Part shown: one piece after another, positions 1 through 10,050 of the stretch | How positions within the stretch are numbered: the first letter of the stretch is position 1 | Layout of the letters: every line of letters begins with the position of its first letter | Assembly (NCBI GenBank): GCA_949295755.1 | Contig: CASFMG010000012.1 | Location: 1 to 57,958, forward strand | Direction of reading: 5' to 3' | DNA from: an uncultured Christensenella sp. | GTDB taxonomy: Bacteria > Bacillota > Clostridia > Christensenellales > UBA1242 | DNA: 57,958 bases | Made by a program: the position numbers and the translations under genes | The notes under the pieces: generated by a model | Told to the model about the DNA's origin: nothing | Database searches by the model: none | The model's input: only the letters and a program-made list of their open reading frames with translations

Positions 1-3000
1 AAATATTATTAAAGAAATAAATACACAATATAAATTTTTATTTATTAAATTATTTGTAAAATTATTATTATTGTTTATTGTGCCACTTATTGTGCCAGAG
101 ACTTCAATACTTCCTTGGTTTACATTTTCTTGTGTTTTTGTTTTTTCATAAACTGCTGAAAGTATTACATCACCATCAAGATTTGGAATTATATCTTTAT
201 AAATAACCCCACCTTCAACCCCTAGTTTCATCCAGCCGACAAATTTCATATCATTTGGAACAACAGTTTTTGAGAATGCTGTTCCACATTGTGCATTTGT
301 ATAAACAAAATCTCCATCAACAAGTGTTATGCCGTTTGCGTTAACATTATTTTGAACTTTTTTATATAGTGCAAACACTTGCAAATTTTCCACATTTGGA
401 ACAGAAGAAATACGATATGTATAAAGAATATTTCTATTGCCGTTATTCCACATAAATCCAACAAGTTCAAAGCCTTGCTTTGAGAATAAATTTGTGTCAA
501 AATCTATTGTTTCTTCTGGTTTTGATTGAACATTATGAACAAAATCGCCGTCAATAAATTCTATATTTACCATACTATAATGATAAACTGCTGTTAAATT
601 TATATCTTGATTTTGAGTTGGAGTTATTGTTTTTGTGTATTCTTTGTCAAGTGTTTCATATGTCCAGCCTTTAAAATCGTAACCGTCTTTTAATTTTCCG
701 TCTTTTAATTGACTTTCATATCCAACAAAAGCAGTTTGAGTTGTGTTATCTTCATAATTCAATATTACTGCTTCAACAGGATTATTGATGTTAATACTAA
801 AACTCAGTTTGTTTGCAAGGCGATCAACAATTTCTATGTTATAGTTGCCCAATTTATCTATTTTGTAATTTTTTAATTCCGCAATAGACATTATAACTGC
901 ACTATTCCCATAAGAGATTTTTATTATTGAGTACGGGTCTAAAGTGTTTGTTATGTTTTCTAGCACAGCAGAATTTGCATTTAACACTATATTATTTTTG
1001 GATTTATCTATTGTTGTTGAAATTATTTGATCATTATAAAGATAAGTAATTACAGCATTTGATGTGTTTTCCTGTGCAATATAATTTGCATAATAAATTG
1101 ATGTATCGCTTGTTTTGTCGCCATACACATTTGTTTCCACAATTTTATAACTTCCACTTGGAGCATTGTATGATATGAGTTGAGTTTCTACATTTTTATC
1201 GTATTCAAGAATGTATTCTTTCTCTGTTTCAATGTTGACTGCCTTTATTGAATTACTTTCGTATTTTGACACAGAAACAAATTGCAAATCAGTTTTTTGT
1301 TGTGAAATTGTTCCGTCAGTATTTAAAATTGCAATGTTACCATCATTTAAAAATGGCATTGCTGTTTTATTATTTTCTAGTGCTGTATTTGATTCAAATA
1401 CCACAATATTTTGATTTATATATCCAAGGTTTAAAATATTTTCGCCAAGTTGTTCTTTGTCATTTTGCGATGCATCGTTATATGATTGTTCTTTAATTGT
1501 TAGATATGTTAAATAATCGCTTGCATCAAAATATTTCTCTTTAATTAAACTTAGAGCATTATTATTTAAATCTTTTCCTAATATTATTGAACTTGTATAA
1601 GTTTTATTATTATAGTAATATTCACCATTGTTATATGTTACTTTATCACTTTCAATTTTATACGCAAAGTTATATGCACTTTCTTGTGAAGAGAATGCAA
1701 AGGTTACTATTTTATTGTTTATATTTTTTTGCTCAACACCATAGTATTTTGAATTAAATCTTGAAATATTTGTAAATGAATTTAAAATTGTTTGATTTAC
1801 AACTGGTCCCGTTACGCTGTCTTTGTCTATAACTTTAAACATATAACTAATTGTATAATAATCGCCTGTAATTCCATCTAAGTAGTTTGTTGTCGTGTAA
1901 AAAGTTGCATAATAAAATCCTGGTTCTAAGTCTAATAAGCCTGTATTATTTGCATTTTTATTTAAAATAATGTTTTTTGTTTTCTCGTCTTCTTCAACTG
2001 AAACATTTTCATACAAAAATGTGTAGACATCTTGCGTTGTTTCATCATCAATATATTTTGTGATTTTACCTGAAATTGGAACATTGTTTTTACTGTTTTT
2101 TATTTGATAAAATATACTTCCCTGCACAAAAACAGGAATAGTTGATTCCATATCGTAAATTCTTTTACTTTGATTTGATATAAAACTGTTATCAAAATAA
2201 TCAGCAAGTGTTGAAGAATTTGAACGGTCATTAACATATATTGTGTAATGCATTTTGTCTTGTTCCCAAGGTGTGGACACATATATATCATATTTGCCAT
2301 TTTTTAAGAACAATTCGCCGTTTTGCATTTGCCCCATATCTATGCCGTTTAATTTATAGCGTACAATATAGTTGTCATTTCCTAAATTATCAAGTGAAAA
2401 CCCCGAAAATGTCATATCACCGCTATTTAGTGTTTCGCCTTGATAATATTGGTTTGCAATAATTGTTAGTTTTTTATTATCTAATTTATTTTCTTCGCTG
2501 ACATTATCGTTATAATAATTTAGTTTATCATAACGAAAAAATGTTATTTCATTATTATTTTCATCTAATTGTCCTGCAAGATATTTTTCATATTTAATTT
2601 CAAATGCATTTTTCTCATAATTGTCTTGATTTATATTGGAAAAATAAACTTGTGAAACCATTCTATCTAATATATCATCTTTTATTATTTCAATATTATT
2701 TGTTAGGTTATGGAACCCAACTGCACCTGTATTATTTGCAATATAAAAGTTTGCTGTTTCTAAAATATTGTAATATGTAATTGTCTTTTTTAGAGATTTA
2801 TATTCTATACCTTCATCTTTTGGATTTATTAACGAATTTTCAACCCATATTTTTTGTTCTTTATCATAATATTTATATGTTGTTCTATATATTTCATAGG
2901 CAAACCTAATTCTTATATAAACTCCATTATTGATATCGTTACCACTTGGAACATAAACTTGTTTGTATTTTCCATTTTCTACATTGTATAAAGAAGGGCT

Positions 3001-3564
3001 AAACGCTCGCGTTACATTTACTGTTTTTAAAGTTGAATTGTCTTGATTATAATTTTGACCATCAAAACTTTTTTCAACAACGAATGCTCCCTCTCCAACT
3101 TCGCCCAAATTGTTAAATCCTAAAATGTCTTGTGCAGTGTCAAAACTTAAATTCCAACCATTGTTTGCAATATTTTCTGTTGAATTGAAATTGTAATTAC
3201 CTTCAATAACAATATTATCCATTGATGCTTTTGTGTCGCCTTTTGACATATCTATAACATAGTTGTTATTTCCCATATCAAAAAGTGCGATTGCATTTGA
3301 ATTTGTGTTTATTCTTAAATTTAAGTAAGATTTATTAAATGCTACATTTTTATTATCTATAACATTAATTTCATAACCTTTGTTGTCTTCGTAAGTTACT
3401 GCTTTAACAGGAATAGTTAAAATTGTTTCTATATTTTCTTGTTCTGCAAAAACAAAGTTTGATTTTGTATTGTCGCTAAAAGAAATATTGCATAAAAAAG
3501 CAATACTCATAATTAAGGATAAAGAGATTATTAAAATATATATTATGTTAAAAATTTTTTTCAT
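1..3564 (-). CDS. Large secreted/surface repeat protein, partial: N-terminus in window, C-terminus beyond the left edge (at least 1188 codons); Listeria-Bacteroides-type repeats
   Basis: Not in the supplied ORF track because no stop lies inside the window. ATG at 3562-3564 (minus) with GGAG at 3573-3576, just after the stop of the upstream gene (3578-3580). I read plus-strand triplets starting at 1,4,7... on about a dozen 60-nt lines across 1-3564 and saw no TTA/CTA/TCA. N-terminus MKKIFNIIYILIISLSLIMSIAF looks like a signal or anchor. Repeats DGYDFKGWTYE..LTAVY, KQGFELVGFMW..FALY and MKFVGWMK..LSAVYE are translated from about 150-720. Confidence 0.85.
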   Translation of the reverse strand, partial: MKKIFNIIYILIISLSLIMSIAFLCNISFSDNTKSNFVFAEQENIETILTIPVKAVTYEDNKGYEINVIDNKNVAFNKSYLNLRINTNSNAIALFDMGNNNYVIDMSKGDTKASMDNIVIEGNYNFNSTENIANNGWNLSFDTAQDILGFNNLGEVGEGAFVVEKSFDGQNYNQDNSTLKTVNVTRAFSPSLYNVENGKYKQVYVPSGNDINNGVYIRIRFAYEIYRTTYKYYDKEQKIWVENSLINPKDEGIEYKSLKKTITYYNILETANFYIANNTGAVGFHNLTNNIEIIKDDILDRMVSQVYFSNINQDNYEKNAFEIKYEKYLAGQLDENNNEITFFRYDKLNYYNDNVSEENKLDNKKLTIIANQYYQGETLNSGDMTFSGFSLDNLGNDNYIVRYKLNGIDMGQMQNGELFLKNGKYDIYVSTPWEQDKMHYTIYVNDRSNSSTLADYFDNSFISNQSKRIYDMESTIPVFVQGSIFYQIKNSKNNVPISGKITKYIDDETTQDVYTFLYENVSVEEDEKTKNIILNKNANNTGLLDLEPGFYYATFYTTTNYLDGITGDYYTISYMFKVIDKDSVTGPVVNQTILNSFTNISRFNSKYYGVEQKNINNKIVTFAFSSQESAYNFAYKIESDKVTYNNGEYYYNNKTYTSSIILGKDLNNNALSLIKEKYFDASDYLTYLTIKEQSYNDASQNDKEQLGENILNLGYINQNIVVFESNTALENNKTAMPFLNDGNIAILNTDGTISQQKTDLQFVSVSKYESNSIKAVNIETEKEYILEYDKNVETQLISYNAPSGSYKIVETNVYGDKTSDTSIYYANYIAQENTSNAVITYLYNDQIISTTIDKSKNNIVLNANSAVLENITNTLDPYSIIKISYGNSAVIMSIAELKNYKIDKLGNYNIEIVDRLANKLSFSININNPVEAVILNYEDNTTQTAFVGYESQLKDGKLKDGYDFKGWTYETLDKEYTKTITPTQNQDINLTAVYHYSMVNIEFIDGDFVHNVQSKPEETIDFDTNLFSKQGFELVGFMWNNGNRNILYTYRISSVPNVENLQVFALYKKVQNNVNANGITLVDGDFVYTNAQCGTAFSKTVVPNDMKFVGWMKLGVEGGVIYKDIIPNLDGDVILSAVYEKTKTQENVNQGSIEVSGTISGTINNNNNFTNNLINKNLYCVFISLIIF

Positions 3565-3577
3565 TCAATATTCTCCT

Positions 3578-6535
3578 TTATGCTATGGCTTCAAAATTTA
3601 ACCTAGTCCAACCCCATCGCCATGTATCATTACCTTTACCATGAGCACCACAAGCGATAGCAATATATCTATTATTTATCAAGGTGTCTATTGAAACTTC
3701 AAAAGTGAATGTGTGTGTCCACCATGAAGTATCAACACCAGACGCAGTGTGTTCAACATAACCATTTCTATATGCTTCTATGTACCCATTGTTAACATCA
3801 CAATCATTGTCAAAAAGTACATAAATTTCTTGATAGCCATCTTGAATTTCAGCAATATCTAATTCTAATGTTATTTGTACTTTACTAAAACCTGCCTCTT
3901 TTAATTTCTCATATTCCATTGTAGTTACAAGAAATCCCCTGCTGACCCTACCACCAGAAAGATCCATAGAATCGGAGCCGTGATATGTTGTTCCAAAAAA
4001 CCATCCTGTTCCGTCATCAACACCTGTAACTTCTACATTGTTACCAAATTCGCTATACTCTTGATATACCTTTTTATCAAAACCTAAACTTGCTTTAATT
4101 TTGGTTTGCCCCACTTCTCGTTCTATGCCGTTGTATGTTTGAGTATAATGAATTATAATATCAAACCCGTCCCAAGGAGTTGTATTTATAATTGATATGG
4201 TGTTTTCGTTTGCATAAGCACCTTGTGATGTTATCCATTTTGATGTAATTGGAGAATCGTTTGAATCATTGTATCTATAATAAGGAAGTAAATCAAGTGT
4301 CGGTCCATAGAATGTTATGGCATTATTTTTTATGTGATTTATATCTTCTATATAAATAGCATCGGTTGTATCTGCTGGATTAAAAACAGAAATATTATTT
4401 GCACCAATGTTATAAAGTTTTGTCGTGTTTCCATCTTTTAATGTAACAAAATATAATATTGCACTTCCACCTGCAACATCATTTGCAGTTAGTTTTAATA
4501 TATCATCTTCACTTTCTATGTTTGAATTGGTTGAAGATTTCTTTTCTATTGTTAAACCATATTCCAAAATTGAATTATTCTTATATGTTATTTGGCTATA
4601 TAAACTACGACCTACATATAATTCTGGATTTTTTTTATTTATTATATGACCTTCGCTATCTTGTTTATCTAACAACAAACCAAAATTGTCTAAACTTAAC
4701 CCATTTATAATCAATGTAATTGTACAATTTATTTCTGAATTTTGTGCATATACATCAATGTTTATATTTGTGTTATACTCCAAATTGGTTGGTAAACTAA
4801 TTTTAATTTGTCCACGAATATTGGTTTTTTCTATGGTTACAATTTCATTTTTAACCATCACATTTGAAATTTCTTTTAATGATTTATCTGTTGCTAAATT
4901 GTTAGAATTAAACAACATATCAACATATACTTCCGTTCCACGATCTACATACAAAACTTGATTTTGCATACTTTCAACAGGCAAAAATACATCAAATTGT
5001 TGTTCTTTACTATATGTACCTGTTGAAGATTTTAATTTTATACTAAATTGAAGTTGATTTTTTCCTAATTTTTCAAGTTCGTTCAATGGCTTAACTATAA
5101 TGTAATTGCCATAATTATAAAATACACCATCATCGCCAAATGCATATAAAACATTAAAATGATTTTGTGTTTTATATAAATTATCAAATACTGCTACAAA
5201 ATCAACTCTTTGATTTGGATATAAAACTTTTGGCAAATTATTATTCTCAATTAAAATACTACTTGATTTGTATTCTTCTATTTCCAAAATTATTGTTTTG
5301 ACTAAATCATCATGTTTTAATTGTAATTTTAACTGACTTGAATTTGGTGCTTCGTCTTTAATATACAACTGTCCATTTTCGTTGATTTCTGCATAATCCA
5401 CTTCAACATCATTTAAGTCGATTATTTTATAAGTAATATTTTTAGAGTTTGCATAACTTGGATAAACTTTTGCCGAAAAATCATAAGTTAAAAATTGAGA
5501 TACTTTTATTGTGTTAATGTTATCATTTAAAATAATATCTTCTGCTAATATGTATATTTGTATATAAACAGTATTTGATTCAGCACCATCTTGTTGAGCC
5601 CAAACAGGAATAATAACACTTTCTTTAATGTTTTTATTTATAAATAAAATATTGTTTTCAATGTATGCAAAATTATTATACAATGGGTCAATCATATATG
5701 TTGGATTAAATACTGATACAACATCATCTGTTGTTGCAGTCAATTCAACCTTATCGCCATTTGTTGATGAAATTTTTACAAGACTTTTACTTGCAGAAAG
5801 TTTCATATTTTTTAGTGGAACATAAATGGAAAAAGTTATTTCATTGCTTTGTTTATCATAATTTTCACAAGTGTATGCGCATACAGTAACAATGGCATCT
5901 TTTACATTTACTACATCATTTACTTTTATTTCGCCGGTTTGAGAGTTTATCATTGCGTATTGACTCCCATCTATTATTTCGTATTTTACTTTTTGAAAAC
6001 TTGCATTTTGTGGCAATAATTTATTAACATATACTATACTTGTTCCGCCTTCTCTTATAGTTTGTGTATTAGAACTTATTTCAAAATCTTCAACTTTTGT
6101 TTTGTCAATAGAAATTTTTACAGTATTGCTTCCAATACCATTAACCCAAACTTTAACAGAAATATCTTCATATGCTTTTGCATAATCAAAAATAGACAAA
6201 ATGCCATCGTTGTTAACGCTGGCATAATTTTTCCCGCTTATAATTTTATATTCAATTTTCTTTATCGTTTCATATGAATAATATGGTTCAACATCAAAAT
6301 TAAGTTTAACATTTTCACCGGCTTTCGCACTTATAACATCGGAGTACAAATTAACATTGTCAATTTTTATTTCTTCTCTATCAAATTGAATTTCGTTGTT
6401 TGTTAGATCATTTGTTGCAAACAAAACTTTATTTTTAACATTATTTTGGACAAAAAAGGAACAAAATACAATAAACATAACAACCAATGTTATATAAACT
6501 ATTTTTGTATTAAATTTTGCTTTAAGAGATTGCAT
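3578..6535 (-). CDS. Large surface protein, N-terminal membrane anchor/signal, repeated bacterial Ig-like (Big_2-like) modules, Trp-rich C-terminal domain
   Basis: 985-aa ORF. AGGAGG at 6541-6546 lies 5 nt from the ATG at 6533-6535. Hydrophobic N-terminus IVYITLVVMFIVFCSFFV. Recurring signature IEYKIISGKNYASVNNDGILSI / VKYEIIDGSQYAMINSQTGEIKV / ITYKIIDLNDVEVDYAEINENGQLYI. Confidence 0.88.
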   Translation of the reverse strand: MQSLKAKFNTKIVYITLVVMFIVFCSFFVQNNVKNKVLFATNDLTNNEIQFDREEIKIDNVNLYSDVISAKAGENVKLNFDVEPYYSYETIKKIEYKIISGKNYASVNNDGILSIFDYAKAYEDISVKVWVNGIGSNTVKISIDKTKVEDFEISSNTQTIREGGTSIVYVNKLLPQNASFQKVKYEIIDGSQYAMINSQTGEIKVNDVVNVKDAIVTVCAYTCENYDKQSNEITFSIYVPLKNMKLSASKSLVKISSTNGDKVELTATTDDVVSVFNPTYMIDPLYNNFAYIENNILFINKNIKESVIIPVWAQQDGAESNTVYIQIYILAEDIILNDNINTIKVSQFLTYDFSAKVYPSYANSKNITYKIIDLNDVEVDYAEINENGQLYIKDEAPNSSQLKLQLKHDDLVKTIILEIEEYKSSSILIENNNLPKVLYPNQRVDFVAVFDNLYKTQNHFNVLYAFGDDGVFYNYGNYIIVKPLNELEKLGKNQLQFSIKLKSSTGTYSKEQQFDVFLPVESMQNQVLYVDRGTEVYVDMLFNSNNLATDKSLKEISNVMVKNEIVTIEKTNIRGQIKISLPTNLEYNTNINIDVYAQNSEINCTITLIINGLSLDNFGLLLDKQDSEGHIINKKNPELYVGRSLYSQITYKNNSILEYGLTIEKKSSTNSNIESEDDILKLTANDVAGGSAILYFVTLKDGNTTKLYNIGANNISVFNPADTTDAIYIEDINHIKNNAITFYGPTLDLLPYYRYNDSNDSPITSKWITSQGAYANENTISIINTTPWDGFDIIIHYTQTYNGIEREVGQTKIKASLGFDKKVYQEYSEFGNNVEVTGVDDGTGWFFGTTYHGSDSMDLSGGRVSRGFLVTTMEYEKLKEAGFSKVQITLELDIAEIQDGYQEIYVLFDNDCDVNNGYIEAYRNGYVEHTASGVDTSWWTHTFTFEVSIDTLINNRYIAIACGAHGKGNDTWRWGWTRLNFEAIA

Positions 6536-6544
6536 ACAAACCTC

Positions 6545-9211
6545 CTATATTCTGTTAGATTCCAAAATATAATCAGTTATATCTTCAACGCCTATAAATC
6601 CATTGGAAAGTAATATAACTTTATCGTTAAGTATTCGGTAATATGCGTACTCTGTTACTCCATTAAAAGTAATGATTGCACTACCATTATTAACTAGTTC
6701 TATAATATATGAATCAAGGGTATTTGTCAATATGTCTAATACTTCTATTTTGTAAGTTCCTGTCAGTTTATTTCCGTAATAATTTTCAAATTTAATGTTG
6801 TCTTTATTTAAAACAACTTCAAATGACTCAATGTTTACAACTGTATCATTCTTTAAAACCAAAAAACAGTTAACAACAAGTATGTTATCTTCAACGAAAG
6901 TTAAATCAATATCTAAATCTTTTTTTTCTAGGTAATTGTAATCATCACTGCTTTGTATGTTATAGAAGACAATTTCATTATTTTCATATCTATAATCTCC
7001 AAATACACTAATAGTCTCTATTCCATTATTTGAAATTTTATAAGTATAAACTCCATTTTTTTCCAAAATCAAACTTGCATTTACAATAACTCCACAGCGC
7101 TCAAATTCTGCTGTCCATTCGCTCACAAAATTTTGATTATATTCTACCATAGTATCAGGTTTTTTATAGTTAGGGTCATGTTCCCATATTGCATATAAAT
7201 TTGTGTTCGTATTGCAATTTTGAGTTATAATATTTAAAAATTCGCTATCTAATATTTGACCATCGACTTCATTTACCCAGCCCATAAATACAAATCCTAA
7301 TTTTTTAGGTTTTGGTAAATAATTTGTTAATTTAAAATCTTGTTGTGAAAAATTTGGGACATCTATGGTACTAATTTCTTCATCTATATGAAGATTGATT
7401 TCAAAGTCAGTTCTTTCTTTAAAGTTAAAATCTATGTTTTTATATAATGTTTGTTCAAAATTAAATCGTTGTGATAATTCATTAACTAAATTTATAGTTT
7501 GATTATCTTCATTCGCAAACTGTTTTAAAGCATCAATAATTTTTTGACGACCAATTAAACCATAAAATATTTTTTGTCCACCACTATAATTTATTGTTAA
7601 ATTAAATTTATTTTCATTTTGGGTAACTACAACAATATTACTTTTTTCTTGACCAAAATTTATATTCAAAAGGTCATCATAAGTCTTAACATTTCCACTT
7701 ACAAAATAATAATTTATATAATTGTAATTTTGTTCGTTAAATAAATAATAAATATCGCTCAAATCATTTTCCGTTAAAAATCCATCGCTTAAAATAAATT
7801 CATTAACACTGTTTCCTTTTACAAAAATAACACTATTATTTTGTGGCATAACAATATTATCTTCAACAATGTCTTGTGGTGATTGAGCAACAACTTCGAT
7901 TGATATTTCTCTATTATTTTTTGTATCAATTTCAGTTAATTCAATATTGTTGACTATATATTTTGTAGGGATTTTTGCTATTTTTTCAAATATGAAGTTA
8001 CTGATTTCGTTATTAGACAAACTATATTTATAATTCACTCCATTATATCTATTTACACTGATTACTCCTATCTCTTCACTATTATACAAAAATTTTAAAT
8101 TTATTTTTTGAGATAATTGATAAACCGCATAAAAAGTTGTATCTTTACTTATATTTTCAATTTTTGTTATATTTTTACCGTCTTCATTACGCCATTCAAT
8201 AAAGTCATAACCATAGTTATACAATTCTTTAGATATAGGTTCGTTAAGTCGAATACTTCCATCAATATTTTTGTATTTTGTTATATTATTAAAATCAATT
8301 TCTGCTTCAATATCCACCAATTTATACGAAATATTGTATTCTTTATTTTGTATTATTTCTTGTTCTTTTTTTAGTTGCTTAATTTTTTCATTTAGTTTTT
8401 CTAATTTTGTTATGTCAATTTGTGTTTTTTGTTCTTCAGTTAAATTGTCTACAATGCTTTGTACATAATTTACTAAATTTTCATCATTTAAATTTAAATC
8501 ATCAACATTTGGCAAAAACTCAATTAAATTTGTTACTTGCAAAACTAATTCATCGTTTTTTGTTTTCTCTTTGACAATAATGTCTACAACGGCAAAAACA
8601 GTTTTGTTATTTTCGCTATAATAAATTTTTATTTGTTTATCATTGACACTTAACGGAATATTTTGCTTATCAAAAGTAATATTATTTGGTTCAAAAGATT
8701 TTACATCCCCCACACAATTTACTTGTAATTTTATACCACTAAAATCAAAATAATCGCCTTCATAATAAGTTGTTTTTGTAGGGTTTTGTATAATTTGCAT
8801 ATTAACTATTTTTCTAGGTTCTACAAAAATATTTAACGATGTTTCAAATTGTTTACCACTGTTTTCATAAATAATTTTTACTGTTTGAGAAGAAACCAAC
8901 AATGGATTATCAACAATAATTTTATAATTTTCTATATTTTTTTCTATGCCAAAATATTGATATTTTGAACATACTAATAAACCATTATTATCAAACTCTT
9001 CACTTTCATAATAGTATAATTTTTTAGGTAAATTTTTAATATAAATTTCAGTAACTGGATTTAAAAAAAATGCAACCGAAAACAAAACTATTGCAGTTAT
9101 AATAAAAATAAATGCAATTAAGAAAATAAGAAATTTTTTATTATTAAAATTTACTTTCTGTATTTTCATCTCCGTTTTTAGTAATATAACTAAAAAGACC
9201 GTATTTGTCAA
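6545..9211 (-). CDS. Large surface protein with N-terminal TM segment, Big_3-like Ig domain and Listeria-Bacteroides repeats
   Basis: 888-aa ORF. The track start at 9211 is a TTG; an alternative ATG at 9167-9169 (MKIQKV) exists and neither has a well-spaced SD, so the start is uncertain. TM segment FLIFLIAFIFIITAIVLFSVAFF. Motifs YEGDYFDFSGIKLQV..ITFDKQ..IKIYY (Big_3-like), and GYDFIEWRNEDG..FYAVY and LGFVFMGWVNE..LYAIW. Its stop (6545-6547) overlaps the SD of the next gene, so it forms an operon with 3578-6535 and 1-3564. Confidence 0.85.
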   Translation of the reverse strand: MTNTVFLVILLKTEMKIQKVNFNNKKFLIFLIAFIFIITAIVLFSVAFFLNPVTEIYIKNLPKKLYYYESEEFDNNGLLVCSKYQYFGIEKNIENYKIIVDNPLLVSSQTVKIIYENSGKQFETSLNIFVEPRKIVNMQIIQNPTKTTYYEGDYFDFSGIKLQVNCVGDVKSFEPNNITFDKQNIPLSVNDKQIKIYYSENNKTVFAVVDIIVKEKTKNDELVLQVTNLIEFLPNVDDLNLNDENLVNYVQSIVDNLTEEQKTQIDITKLEKLNEKIKQLKKEQEIIQNKEYNISYKLVDIEAEIDFNNITKYKNIDGSIRLNEPISKELYNYGYDFIEWRNEDGKNITKIENISKDTTFYAVYQLSQKINLKFLYNSEEIGVISVNRYNGVNYKYSLSNNEISNFIFEKIAKIPTKYIVNNIELTEIDTKNNREISIEVVAQSPQDIVEDNIVMPQNNSVIFVKGNSVNEFILSDGFLTENDLSDIYYLFNEQNYNYINYYFVSGNVKTYDDLLNINFGQEKSNIVVVTQNENKFNLTINYSGGQKIFYGLIGRQKIIDALKQFANEDNQTINLVNELSQRFNFEQTLYKNIDFNFKERTDFEINLHIDEEISTIDVPNFSQQDFKLTNYLPKPKKLGFVFMGWVNEVDGQILDSEFLNIITQNCNTNTNLYAIWEHDPNYKKPDTMVEYNQNFVSEWTAEFERCGVIVNASLILEKNGVYTYKISNNGIETISVFGDYRYENNEIVFYNIQSSDDYNYLEKKDLDIDLTFVEDNILVVNCFLVLKNDTVVNIESFEVVLNKDNIKFENYYGNKLTGTYKIEVLDILTNTLDSYIIELVNNGSAIITFNGVTEYAYYRILNDKVILLSNGFIGVEDITDYILESNRI

Positions 9212-9287
9212 TATTTAATCTTTTAATAAATTTTGCAATAATACAATAAAAAAAATTAAAATTGAAATGTAAAAAACAAGTATTTTT

Positions 9288-9953
9288 TCACATCACAACA
9301 AAAAACAAAATTGAAACAAATTGTAATATACTTCCTAAAAGCACAAACAAATGCCAAACACTGTGTATATATTTCACTTTTGAACCAAAAGCAAAGAATA
9401 TTGCACCAACAGTGTAAGCAATGCCACCAGCAAGTAACCACCACATTCCTGCAAGTTCTAAATTTCTTAACAACGGAACAATTGCAATCAAAATACTCCA
9501 ACCTATTGCAATGTATAAAACCATACTCAACGCTTTCCATTTATACATATTTACTGCGTTCAAAACAATGCCCAAAATTGACAAACACCAAACAACAGCA
9601 AAAAGGCCATAACCCCAAATTGGTTCTGGTGATAATGTTATTAGACAATATGGTGTATATGAACCAGCAATAAGTAAAAAAATAGATAAATGGTCAAAAA
9701 TTCTAAAAACTTTCTTAGCCTTGTTTTTATGCAAAAAATGGTATATTGCCGACATAGTATAAGTAATAATCATACAAAAACCATATATATACATACTAAA
9801 AACACCAACCCAATTACAATATATATGAGCAAATACAACACCAATAATTAAAAATATAACGCCAAATGCACCACCCACAAGATGAGTAACTGCATTAAAA
9901 ATTTCTTCTCCTTTTGTAAAATTGGGAAGTGATTTATCATAATTTTTTTTCAT
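9288..9953 (-). CDS. hlyIII: Hemolysin III / PAQR family membrane protein
   Basis: 221 aa with about 7 hydrophobic segments. N-terminal EEIFNAVTHLVGGAFG and C-terminal IHSVWHLFVLLGS motifs are typical of the HlyIII/YplQ family. Confidence 0.85.
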   Translation of the reverse strand: MKKNYDKSLPNFTKGEEIFNAVTHLVGGAFGVIFLIIGVVFAHIYCNWVGVFSMYIYGFCMIITYTMSAIYHFLHKNKAKKVFRIFDHLSIFLLIAGSYTPYCLITLSPEPIWGYGLFAVVWCLSILGIVLNAVNMYKWKALSMVLYIAIGWSILIAIVPLLRNLELAGMWWLLAGGIAYTVGAIFFAFGSKVKYIHSVWHLFVLLGSILQFVSILFFVVM

Positions 9954-10050
9954 TTTTCACCTTGTTATATTATAGACCTATTTAACTAATCTGTAAACAA
10001 CAATTATATTTAAAAAAAATAAAAAAAATACTCTTATTTTTAGGTTTATA

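Noticed and set aside
1211-2462. Short track ORFs (1211-1414, 1248-1496, 2100-2300, 2241-2462)
   Set aside because: All lie inside, and out of frame or antisense to, the long open minus-strand frame 1-3564. They have low-complexity, shadow-type composition.
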